Shown here in pieces: positions 1 to 9,900 of a stretch of 64,000 nt of DNA (position 1 is its first letter; every line of letters starts with the position of its first letter). The notes under the pieces are model-generated. The model made no database searches. It saw only the letters and a program-made list of their open reading frames with translations, and was not told the DNA's origin. A program made the translations under genes and the position numbers. Source of the DNA: a virus (lineage: Duplodnaviria; Caudoviricetes). The stretch lies in IMG/VR virus record IMGVR_UViG_3300032030_000056, positions 1 through 64,000 of that record. One strand, given 5' to 3'.

Positions 1-297
1 GGTGCATCCCTGTGCCTGTGGTGGCCTGTGGGTGCATCCCTGTGCCTGTGGTGGCCTGTGGTGCATCCCTGTGCCTGTGGTGGCCTGTGGGTGCATCCCT
101 GTGCCTGTGGTGGCCTGTGGGTGCATCCCTGTGCCTGTGGTGGCCTGTGGGTGCATCCCTGTGCCTGTGGTGGCCTGTGGGTGCATCCCTGTGCCTGTGG
201 TGGCCTGTGGTGCATCCCTGTGCCTGTGGTGGCCTGTGGTGCATCCCTGTGCCTGTGGTGGCCTGTGGGTGCATCCCTGTGCCTGTGATGGCCTGTG
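1..297 (+). repeat. Tandem array of 10 copies of a 29/30-bp GC-rich unit GGTGCATCCCTGTGCCTGTGGTGGCCTGTG
   Basis: Counted directly. Units start at 1, 31, 61, 90, 120, 150, 180, 210, 239 and 268; three lack one G and the last has one G>A. No spacers. The array runs off the window edge. Confidence 0.97.
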
Positions 298-404
298 GTG
301 CTTTTGCTATGGTGCAATAACAAAAGCAACAAACAAAACTACCTCTTACTCAAGCAAATAAACCGAGTGAGGTGAGGGAGGCCTCGCTAGTATCTCAAAT
401 TAAA

Positions 405-430
405 GGGAGGGGGAGGGTGAGGGAGGAGGG
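405..430 (+). other. Putative G-quadruplex-forming sequence
   Basis: GGGAGGGGGAGGGTGAGGGAGGAGGG: at least four G3 tracts with 1-4 nt loops, in AT-rich surroundings. Confidence 0.7.
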
Positions 431-476
431 CACTAGGTGGTGCAAACACTTGATTTTTGAAAAAAAAAGAAAAAAC

Positions 477-575
477 GATTTTAAGGCGATTTAAGGGCAT
501 CAAAAATTTGGGGTGGTATAGTTTATTGTTTTTGATATTAGATGCGCTTAGAAAGCACGCTAGACCCCTTAAATC
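477..575 (-). repeat. Dispersed ~95-bp element, copy D
   Basis: TTAAG-N-GC arms at ~10-bp spacing around a core GGTGGTATAGTTTATT (512-527) that is an exact 16-nt reverse complement of 43438-43453. Confidence 0.7.
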
Positions 576-646
576 AAGTTTTATGGTTGTTGGTATGGTT
601 GTAGAATTGTTTATTTTATGATTTTGTGTAAATTTCGGCATTAAAA

Positions 647-679
647 TTTGTGTTATTTGTGATATTGTTATTAATTTTG
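647..679 (+). promoter_or_regulatory. Bacteroidota sigma-A type promoter
   Basis: TTTG (647-650), 21-nt gap, TAATTTTG (672-679), upstream of the ATG at 700. Confidence 0.65.
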
Positions 680-699
680 CAAGAAAAAAGTGAAATAGG

Positions 700-1110
700 A
701 TGGCTGACATACAGATTTTAGGTTTCATAAGGAACGTGAAATATTTGCCTGATGGTTGTTTAGTGTTCATTGATGAATACAAGTCGGGGTATAGGCGCAA
801 TGATGGCACTGTTGTTGATGAAAAGTTTTTGTCATGGCGGTGTATATTTGCGAATTATTTCAAGAATTTCATAGCCAAGCATTTTGGCAATGGTATGTTG
901 GTTCAGGTGAAGGGTGATGTTTTGCCTTATGCGATTGAGAAGGACAAGGTTATTGATGGTTACAGTGTAATGGGTCAAACAATCAACCGAGCTTCATATC
1001 CCAAGAGTGGTGCTAAGGCGGAGATAAAGGCGGTAAAGGATGGTGAGGAGTTTCTTTCCCGCAACAATGAGGTTCCTGATGTGGATGGTTACAACGAATC
1101 TGATTTTTAG
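700..1110 (+). CDS. OB-fold / SSB-like protein
   Basis: 136 aa with a beta-strand pattern like SSB (IQILGFIRN...SWRCIF...GMLVQVKG) and an acidic tail ending ESDF. Confidence 0.5.
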   Translation: MADIQILGFIRNVKYLPDGCLVFIDEYKSGYRRNDGTVVDEKFLSWRCIFANYFKNFIAKHFGNGMLVQVKGDVLPYAIEKDKVIDGYSVMGQTINRASYPKSGAKAEIKAVKDGEEFLSRNNEVPDVDGYNESDF

Positions 1111-1156
1111 TTTTTTTATTATCAACATAATAGTTTAATTTCAATTGCAATTGATT

Positions 1157-1672
1157 ATGAGTAAGGAAATCGTTAAGGTTGATGGGAAAGATATTGTCGT
1201 TCCCAATCAAGAGGAGGAAAAGGTTGTTGTGACCAAGCATGATGAATTATCCAGTCGAAGTGTGTTGGAAAAGATGCGCAAGGCGGAGTTGGTTGATTTG
1301 GTCATTAGCACGGAGATGCGGTTAAACGAGCAGGTTGACACGGTTGCTTTGCGTGATGCCAAGATTGCTGGTCTTTTGTTTCGTATTGGCAAGTTAACCA
1401 AGGAGCGTGACAATTTGGATGAAAACGGCAAGAAGATGGTTGAAAGCATTGCCAAGATGCGTGGTGATTTAAACCAAACCAAGCAAGCGAGTGCTGCCAA
1501 CAAGGTATTAGCTGACAATCTAAAGGCTGAGGTTGAGCGTTTAAAAAGTGTGATTAGTGGCATGGACAAGAATTTGGATGCCATCACTAAGGAGCGCAAT
1601 GATTTGTTTGACAAGTTGCGTGCTATTGATGAGAGTAAAAAGGCTGGTTTTTGGCACAGGATTTTCGGTTAG
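1157..1672 (+). CDS. Coiled-coil protein with C-terminal amphipathic membrane-targeting helix
   Basis: Long heptad region; ends KKAGFWHRIFG. ATG at 1157 preferred over the track start. Confidence 0.6.
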   Translation: MSKEIVKVDGKDIVVPNQEEEKVVVTKHDELSSRSVLEKMRKAELVDLVISTEMRLNEQVDTVALRDAKIAGLLFRIGKLTKERDNLDENGKKMVESIAKMRGDLNQTKQASAANKVLADNLKAEVERLKSVISGMDKNLDAITKERNDLFDKLRAIDESKKAGFWHRIFG

Positions 1673-1710
1673 TCTTATACCCTTTGTTTTAGTTTTGTTA
1701 TTATAAATTC

Positions 1711-1746
1711 AAAGCCGCTTGCCCATCTCGGGTTTGCGGCTTTTTT
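1711..1746. terminator. Intrinsic terminator between convergent genes
   Basis: AAAGCCGC...GCGGCTTT stem followed by a T-run. Confidence 0.75.
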
Positions 1747-1832
1747 CTAACTTGATTCAAAACCCCTTAAATCAGATTATAAGAAAGAAAAACATCCAAA
1801 TTAATTATTATTATGGTAGTAAGAAATTGTTG

Positions 1833-2336
1833 TTAATTGGGAGGTTGCAGGTTATGCAATCGTATAGTGCCGAGCATATAGTTTGATGTTGGGTTGCGGT
1901 GTAACTTTATCGTTGTCGGCTCATACTTTTCCAAGCAAGCGCATTTCACTTCTTTGTTTGCGTATTCTGATTTCACCCAAAGTATGCCGCTTGTAAGGTA
2001 GTTGATGAAGGCATCGTGTTGTGTTGCCACGTCAATTGCTGCGGATGAGTTGGCATATTTTTGGTGTACGATGAAAGTGATTGAGATATCCGAGTTTTTG
2101 TGTATCACAACGGGTTGTTGTGTTTGTTCGTCAATCGTTGTGACCATAACGTCTTCGACCTCTGAATCAGTCCATTGTGCCGTATATACGTTTACTGGCT
2201 CGCCTTTGTCGAAAAACCCAGTTATTGCAAGCACACGGACACCATTGACAAGCGTTGTAACGTCTTGCCAATCTTCTTGTTCGCTTTTTCTAACGAAATA
2301 GGTGTTTCTTAGTTCGTTGTTGATTGGGTTGCTCAT
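1833..2336 (-). CDS. Hypothetical protein, candidate distal-tail (Dit-like)
   Basis: 167 aa, beta-rich, downstream of the TMP in the tail arm. Positional inference only. Confidence 0.4.
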   Translation of the reverse strand: MSNPINNELRNTYFVRKSEQEDWQDVTTLVNGVRVLAITGFFDKGEPVNVYTAQWTDSEVEDVMVTTIDEQTQQPVVIHKNSDISITFIVHQKYANSSAAIDVATQHDAFINYLTSGILWVKSEYANKEVKCACLEKYEPTTIKLHRNPTSNYMLGTIRLHNLQPPN

Positions 2337-2920
2337 AATCTAAGTTGTTTTCTGTGTACTTTGATTTTGTTTGAAAGGCAATATTGCCCGATTTGCGTAA
2401 CGCATTGGTCGCTGTATTCGTAAACCGTTGCTGAACACGTTTTATCGGCTTCTTCAAACACCACTTCCGATGTATCAAATAGGTAAATCCTTGCGTTGTT
2501 GAAGCCTTGCATGGAAAGGTGCAGTGTTGTATTGCAACCGACATAGAAAGTGACGCATCTTGAGGTTGGCATTTCGACAATTGGGTTGTCACACCACATA
2601 AAAGCGTTCACATCTGCTTGTTCGTTGATTGTGTCGTTAAAATCCACATACAATTGGTAGGTATAACAGCCTTTTACTCCATCGGCATCATAGATAATTT
2701 GCTTTCCGTTGATATAATCGTTGAAATTGTCAAGGATATACTTTTTTGATAGCCCTTCGCCATTCCAGCAATATGTCATTAGATGAGGGAGTGCTTGCTG
2801 GCTTAGTGCCAACGTGATAAGTTTGCGCTTATCCGTACCAGCGGCTTGCCAATACCCACGATATTCACTGCAGAGGCCATTGACAAGTGCCGATTTTCGG
2901 TATTTTATAAGTTCATCCAT
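2333..2920 (-). CDS. Hypothetical protein
   Basis: 195-aa ORF with a TATCTTTG promoter element at 2934-2941. Confidence 0.6.
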   Translation of the reverse strand: MDELIKYRKSALVNGLCSEYRGYWQAAGTDKRKLITLALSQQALPHLMTYCWNGEGLSKKYILDNFNDYINGKQIIYDADGVKGCYTYQLYVDFNDTINEQADVNAFMWCDNPIVEMPTSRCVTFYVGCNTTLHLSMQGFNNARIYLFDTSEVVFEEADKTCSATVYEYSDQCVTQIGQYCLSNKIKVHRKQLRL

Positions 2921-2954
2921 CGTTTTGTTTTTGCAAAGATAGTGATTATTTTTA

Positions 2955-3776
2955 CTAATCGTCTATTTCTACTTGATAATTCATCAAAGCATTGTAAACT
3001 TTTTCAGCAATTTTTCCATTATTGAAATATTCGGTAGCAATTTCTTTGATAATTTCTTCTTTCTTTGCCTTGTATGCGTTAAATGCGTCAACAGCGTTGT
3101 CAAAACAACCAATATTTACACGTTCACCATTTTTTGAAGTATAAGCGAAATATTTTTGATTGTCCTTGCGAAAATGCACTCCTATTGGGCAATCACCACG
3201 CAACTTTTGTGTTTTTGTCAACAATGAATTGATTTCAATAGGCACAAAGCAGCAAGTTTGTGGGGAATAAAGTTTATTGCCTTTAACCAATATATCCTTG
3301 TCTAAGGCATATCCTTCAATGTAGTTCTCATCAAACCACTCTTTGAAATTTGAAAAACTTAGCCATTCTTCACAAACACAACAATCTTTGTATGTTTGAT
3401 TTTTTTCTTTGAATTTTGTATCATAGCATCGTTTTAGCATTTGTTCCCAAGTGTGGTAAGATTGTATTTTGACTTTGTTGTACTTGATGTTGCCTTCATA
3501 ATCATTCTTTCCTACACCACAAACTAATTTTGGTCTTTTTCGCACATTGCCAGTATTGCTTATTCTGCGTTTGATGTTTGCGCATATTGGGCAACCTTGA
3601 CCGATTAAGTGATTCCACACTGATATATGAAACAAGCCATGTTCCTTGCAAATTACAGGGATTTTGGACTTGTTGTTTTTGTAGTTTACATCACTCACTT
3701 GACCATAGCAATACCTATCACCATGCACTTCACTAAATTCATACAATAATTGCACTAAAGATTTTTTCTTTGCCAT
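2955..3776 (-). CDS. HNH-type homing endonuclease with N-terminal Zn ribbon and C-terminal AP2-like domain
   Basis: VICKEHG...GQGCPIC; YHTWEQMLKRCY...VCEEWLSFSNF...LDKDIL...YSPQTCCFVP; GVHF...IGCFDNAVDAFNAY. Start placed at MAKKK. Confidence 0.75.
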   Translation of the reverse strand: MAKKKSLVQLLYEFSEVHGDRYCYGQVSDVNYKNNKSKIPVICKEHGLFHISVWNHLIGQGCPICANIKRRISNTGNVRKRPKLVCGVGKNDYEGNIKYNKVKIQSYHTWEQMLKRCYDTKFKEKNQTYKDCCVCEEWLSFSNFKEWFDENYIEGYALDKDILVKGNKLYSPQTCCFVPIEINSLLTKTQKLRGDCPIGVHFRKDNQKYFAYTSKNGERVNIGCFDNAVDAFNAYKAKKEEIIKEIATEYFNNGKIAEKVYNALMNYQVEIDD

Positions 3777-3807
3777 ATTGTCTATACTTTTTACGTCTAT
3801 CAATTTG

Positions 3808-3879
3808 AAAGTGGAAAGGGCGATAGACTTACCCCTTGTCAATCGGTCATGACTCCGACCTATCCACTTTGCAAATTTA
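3808..3879 (-). promoter_or_regulatory. Internal promoter plus three-way-junction leader of the HNH gene
   Basis: TAAATTTG (3879-3872), then AAAGTGGA/TCCACTTT enclosing TCGG/CCGA and AAGGG/CCCTT hairpins. Confidence 0.55.
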
Positions 3880-3906
3880 CTAAACATTTTTGAATTACAC
3901 AAATTT

Positions 3907-6900
3907 TTAGTTTGCTAATTCAACACGCACTGCTAAACCGTTCGCATTCGACCAGCCTTGCAATATAGATTGGATTGACATCTGAACTTGATAGGATTGT
4001 TGCAACTCGAAAAGAATCTGGGCATTGGTGGCTATTGTGATGTCACCTCCAAAGTTTACAAGTATATCCCTAATCTGAGTTAGTATGTCCGATTGGTAAT
4101 ATACTTGTTGAGATACAGAGTTCATGTACGCTTCAAGTGCTTCAGCTGTTGTTTCGCTAATATTAGTGATGCCTTGTTGTAGGGCGGAAAGGTCTGCTCT
4201 TCCTGCGTTTTGGCCAAAAGTTATACCAAAAGCATCCATGTATGCAAGGAAGTTATTCTTGAAATCTTCACGGCCTTGTTCAAAGAAATCACGCATACCA
4301 GCAATATCCTCTGGTGTAGGTGTGATTGCTGCGTTATAAGCCGCAAGAGCATCCTCGTATTTTTTCCTCCACATATCACGCAGTTGCAAATTTGTGTATG
4401 TGGGTGATTCTTCGGCAAGTTTTTCAAATCCTATAAGTTTATTTTCAGCTTCTGTTAAATCCTTTTCTGCTTGTTTTACCCTGTCGCTTTCTGCGACTTT
4501 AGCGTTTACTCTATCCCAAATGCTGTTAATCCAATCACCAACAAGCCTTGACACGATTGCTTTCATAATCATGTTGTCAACCATATCTTCAAAGGCATCC
4601 TCAAAGACTTTCATGTAATCCTCGCCTTCTTTGAAAGCGTTAATCATGTCCTTGACGAGTTGTTCGGCAAAGTCACCCTTTGATGAAATGCCAAGCAAGT
4701 CGTTAACGATGTCTTCGGTTGCGTTGTTGATTTCGTTTCTAAGGTCAGCGATTTGTCCTCTAAGGTCTTCGATTGCAGATTCGTCACGATATTTGCTTTT
4801 TCTTGAACGCTCAAGCATTAATTGACGTTCAAGTTCTGCAAGTTGCATTTGCTTATTAAGGATAAGTGCTTTTTTTGCGCCATATTGTTCTGCGCCATAA
4901 GCCTTATTTGCGGCATTTTCAAGCACATTGTATGCGTTTGCCAAGCGTTTAACCGCCACTTGGCTTTGTTCTATTGAGTGGTTGATTTCATCATTGCCGC
5001 TAACCCAATCTAGTATTTTAGGGATTAATGCGGTTACACCGCCAATGACTGCTCCCCACCAGCCTCCCATAGTTTTTGCGCCAGCTAGTGCAGAACCAAC
5101 CACATCGACGACATCAGAAATGGCTTTAGCCACTTGTTTTAATTCGTGGTTGTTTGTTGAATCGGCAAAGTTCTTAAAAGTGTCGCTGAATTGCTTAAAC
5201 AAGTCAACGTATGCTTGTACTTGTTCGATTTTCTTGATAAGAGGTATCTTACCTGCTTCCGATTTTTCCTCTTTCAATTTAGCGATTTTTTCAAGCAACT
5301 TATCCAAGATGTCTTGTTCTTCTTTTGTAATTACGATGCCTTCTTTTCTTTTATTTGATAAACCCATTGAATCAATTTGTCGTTGCAATTCGGCAATTTC
5401 GGCATCGTATTCTTCTGCTCTTTCTTTTGCTTCTTGTGCGGCAATAGAATATATCTTGAACGGGTTATCTTTCATTTGTTCCTTGCGAAGTTGTCTCAAA
5501 GCCTTGTTCAATTTCAAGATTTCCTTTGGTTCAAGGTCTTTTGCCTTCTTTTTGTATTCGGTTATACGCTTGATAAGCAATTCTATTGCCGAATCTGCAA
5601 GATTTGAAAGGTTTCCAGTGGCTGTAATCCAAGTAGCCGATTTTTGGAACTCATCAAAGTCCAACTTAGCGTATGCTTGAAGTTCTTTTTTGTTGATAGC
5701 ATCAAAAATTTCCTTTCCTGCGTTGTGTTTTGTCGCAATAGCACGTTCACGTTCAGCTTCTTTTGCAATAGCCGAGCGTTTAGATTCATATTCAGCGTAT
5801 TTTTCAAGCAATTTCTCCCATTCTTCGACAATTTGCTTTGTTTCTTCTTGTCGTGTGTTATTTACGGCTTGGCGCATATTATCTAATGCCTTAATTAGAC
5901 CGCTATCCATTTCAGCACCGAATGTATTTACCCATTCATCGAAATTTGCTTTATTTAAGTTGTCGATAAGACTGAAGCCGACCTTACCTAAGGTTTGGTC
6001 AATCATTGCTTGCATCCTATTCAGCATACCTTGCCAATCCTTTGGCAATTCTTCGAGTTCTTCTTGTGATATGCCCAACAAATCGGCAAAAATTCCGCCT
6101 AATTCTGGATTTGCTTCAAGCTGTACGGAAAGTTCGTATTCTTCCTTGATTTTGTCAAGTTCGTTGTTCAAGCCTTTTGTGATAGCTTCAAGGTCGAATT
6201 TCTTTGCTTCTACCCGCAAATCACGGATTTTCAACTCTAATTCCTTGATTTCTTCGGGTTTTGCCTTTCCGCTTGCCACTAATTTGTCGAGTTGCTTTTG
6301 CAACATATCCATCAATTCACGGGGATTGTTCAAACCTGCGAATTTTTTGACGTCAAATTGCTCAAGACCCCATTTTTTGAATATCGCATTGATAGCATTT
6401 GCCGATTTTTCAAAGCCAGTAGTCGAAATTTCAAGTGCTTTTTGTCTAGATGCACCCGATTTTGTCAATGACTTGTATGCTGATTGCACTTTGTCAATGA
6501 TTTGCAATTCTTCCTTTAACGCTTTAGCCAATTCGCTTTCTGCTTTGGCTTGAGCACTACGTGCTGCGGAATTTTTCTTATTGTTTAGCTTATTTTGCTT
6601 TTTAAGTGCATTTTCTTCAGCGTCCGTTAGCCCTTGTAACGAATGGATTTGGTCTGTAAGCGACTTGTTTTGTTGTTCAAGACCTTGTAAGTAGTAGTCG
6701 TTATACTTGATACTGCCTTTTTTTGCTCTGTTTACGGCATCAATCTCTTCTGCTACCTTTTTTTGGTCTTTTTTCAATTGAACAAGCAATTCATGCGTTG
6801 ATTCTGCGTCTTTATAGTATTGTTCTGAAATACCTAAGTCCTTGAATGACTTTTGTAAGTCGGTTAATTGCCCAATGGTTTGAAAATATACGGGAATGTA

Positions 6901-9900
6901 AATTTTCCAAGTGTTTGCGTATTTTACATAGGTATATAAATCATCGAAAGAAGTGCCATACTCCTTTGAAAACGCTTGTGCTTGTTCTTTAATCCAACCG
7001 ATATTTTTGTCATTCATCCATTTTCCTGCCGCAATTTCCTCTTTTGTTAAGTTTTGCAACATTTTAGTGGTTTCTGAACTCCTAGTGTCTGATAACCACT
7101 GGAAAAATGTTTCTTGAAGTGACTTATTGGTGTTAAATTCAAGTTGCAGTTGATGTAATTTTTGCTCTGTTGCTTTCCTAGCATCGCCAGTTTGCGTTTC
7201 TAACAATCTTTCATATATGGCTTTTGTTTCTTCGTAGTATTCGTGTTCCGCTTTTATGCGTAACACCTTTGTTTGCTCTGCCGTTAACTCCTGTTTTTCG
7301 GCAATTGATTGGATTGCTTGTTCAAAAGCCATGCGTTGTGCATCCATGCCAAGGTTTAATTCTTCCGAATTAAACGTCTTTGCCATAGATTCTGCAACTT
7401 TGGTAATTTCGCTATTTACTTCTTGAATGTCATACAAAACATTGCCGAGGCCTACTGCAATTGGTTGTTCGCTTAGCTTCTTTTCCGCTTCTGCTACGCT
7501 ACCAAATTGACGCTCTAGTACCTCAAACGATTCTATATAGTCTTTAATATCGTCTTTAAGTCCTTCACCAAACATACCTTTCCATGTGGTGGTGGAAACC
7601 TTAATTGCATCTTCTTCTATCTTTTGCAACTTTCCTTCTGCGTCAGATAAGCTATCAACAAGGCCAAACCCAACTCTCAACCTTTCGTTTACATCTTCGA
7701 TTGCTTCTAGTTTAGCGATAAAAGTATTTGCTGATGAAACACTTTCCTCTATCTTTGTCCGCATAGTCTCCCATGCCTTTTGTGCTTCGTCTTGCGGCAA
7801 GTCCCTTTTGCCGATTTCCACTGTCGGGTCTTTTACGTCATATTCGTATAGTGATTTTCGAACATTATCGTATTCGGTGGCAAATTTTTTAAGAGTATCA
7901 GCGGTTTCCTTTGCGCCTTCAATAATATCTTTATTGATTTCCTTTATTGCTGCATCTGCATTTTGTATTGCAAAAATGATTTCAAAAATAGCACCGATAA
8001 GCAACATCGGCCATGTTGCCATAAATATTGATTTCAATGCAGTACCAACACCCTTTAACCCTGCGACAAATAAATTCCATGCAAGAGTCCATTTCTTTGT
8101 TTGTAGAGCTGCAACTTTTTGTTCTTCGGTTAACAACCCCATGTTAATAAGAGCCTTGTGTAATTCCACGTTTGTTTTGTTCATGGTTACAAGCCTCATC
8201 GCTTGGTTTGTTGTTAGGTTTTTTTCGACTAGTGCTAATTCATAATCTGCCGCAATCCATGCTTTTTTGCTTGCCAATGTTACTTTTGCAGTAACATATT
8301 CTGCGCTCTCTGCTCCTGTTAATGCTCTTGTTGCTTTAATTCGTTCATATTTTGCTACTATTGCACGATTTTCCGCTTTAACCATATAGTCTAGTTGTGT
8401 CGCAGAAACACCTACAAGTCGATTTATTACAAATTGGATGGCTTTATATGAACCTAGTGCGATAACTGTGGATTTTATCACATCACTTATGCCTTGCCAT
8501 CCTTCAAAGAATGCTTTCAAACCAGTGATAGGCAAAGATAATAGCTTTTGGTTTGATTCGCCAATCGAATTGAGCATATTATTCCAAGCAAGATTCAAGT
8601 TCGCTAATTGCACTTTCAAAGTACCTGCTTGCTTTGCTTGAAAATCAAAGAACTTGCCGCCTTCGTCAGTCATTTCGTTCAAAACCGACATAACATCATT
8701 GTATGAAACGGCTTTCTTTTTCATGCGGTCAAACACATCGCCAGTACTTACAACTCGTCCTTCGAGTTTCGTGTACATATCTGCTAGCGATGAAACGATA
8801 GGAAGACCTGCGTTTGCAAAGTCACGAGCATCACGGGAGGTTAGTACGGTTTGCGCCCTAATTTGACCCAAGTTATATACAAGACGTTCCATAGGTACAC
8901 CAACTGCGGCTGCAATATCAGCCATTCGTTTAGTGGTGTTTACAACTTCGTTTGCCTTAAAGTTGTATGCAGTCAATTGCTTTGCGGCAGTACCGAGTTC
9001 AATCAACGTAAAAGGTGACTTAATAGCCATAGCGTTTAACTCTTGAAAAACTTGGCTACCCCTTTGAAAACTATTCAAAAGCACACCTAATGACCTTTCA
9101 AGCAATTCGTATTGACCACGAACTTCGTATAATTGCCTTACAAATCCAGTGAATGCACCAACAGTAAGCATAAAAGCCAACCTATTTTTGATGTAGTTAA
9201 ATGCCCTGCCCAACGAATTGTTTGATTCGATTAGTCTAGCATTCTTGCCTAAAATTTCACTTTGCGTTTTTGACAAACGAGCATATTCTGCATTTAAGCG
9301 GCTTATCTCGGTGCTATTTGTCGGCAAAGTATTGCGTAAGTCATTAATTGCCTTCATCTTAGCTGAAATATCATTCAATGTGCGCTCTGACATACCAAGA
9401 ACACCATTTGTTGTCGTTGGAATAGCCGCTTTTGCCCTTAGTTTGGTAAGCTGTTGTTCTGTTTTTGCTATTGCAGCGTTTATGCGATTAATATCAGATT
9501 CTCGCAAAAGATTAAATGATTGTGGCACTTCAATCAATTTCTTTAAGCGGCTTAATCGCCTTTCAGCTTCACTGATTGTGTCCATAGGCAAAGATGTGGC
9601 ATTTCGCATAGCTTGCCCAATACTTTGCTTATGTGACCTTAATTGTTCTTCGTTTAGCTTTTGTTGACCCTTTGTCACTTCTTTTAGTTGAAGCTTTAAC
9701 CTTTCAATTATATTGTTGATTTCCTTCAACTCATTTTCGTATATGTTTGCTTGGTTTTGTAGAACTTCCCAAGACCTTATTGATTCCTTTAGCGCACCAA
9801 CAGTATCTTCTCCATATCCACCACCGCTAGAGCCGCTACGTCCTCCAGTACCACCACCAGTTGGTGTTGAGCTTGCCGCTCTAGCAGCACGTTCCATAGC

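Noticed and set aside
1-297. Chi-site array (GCCTGTGG resembles E. coli GCTGGTGG)
   Set aside because: It is not the E. coli Chi sequence, and I cannot support a Bacteroidota Chi motif.
1-361. ORFs across the tandem array, and a CRISPR reading of it
   Set aside because: The translations only echo the repeat and change frame with one-G indels. The units abut with no unique spacers, and no cas genes are present.
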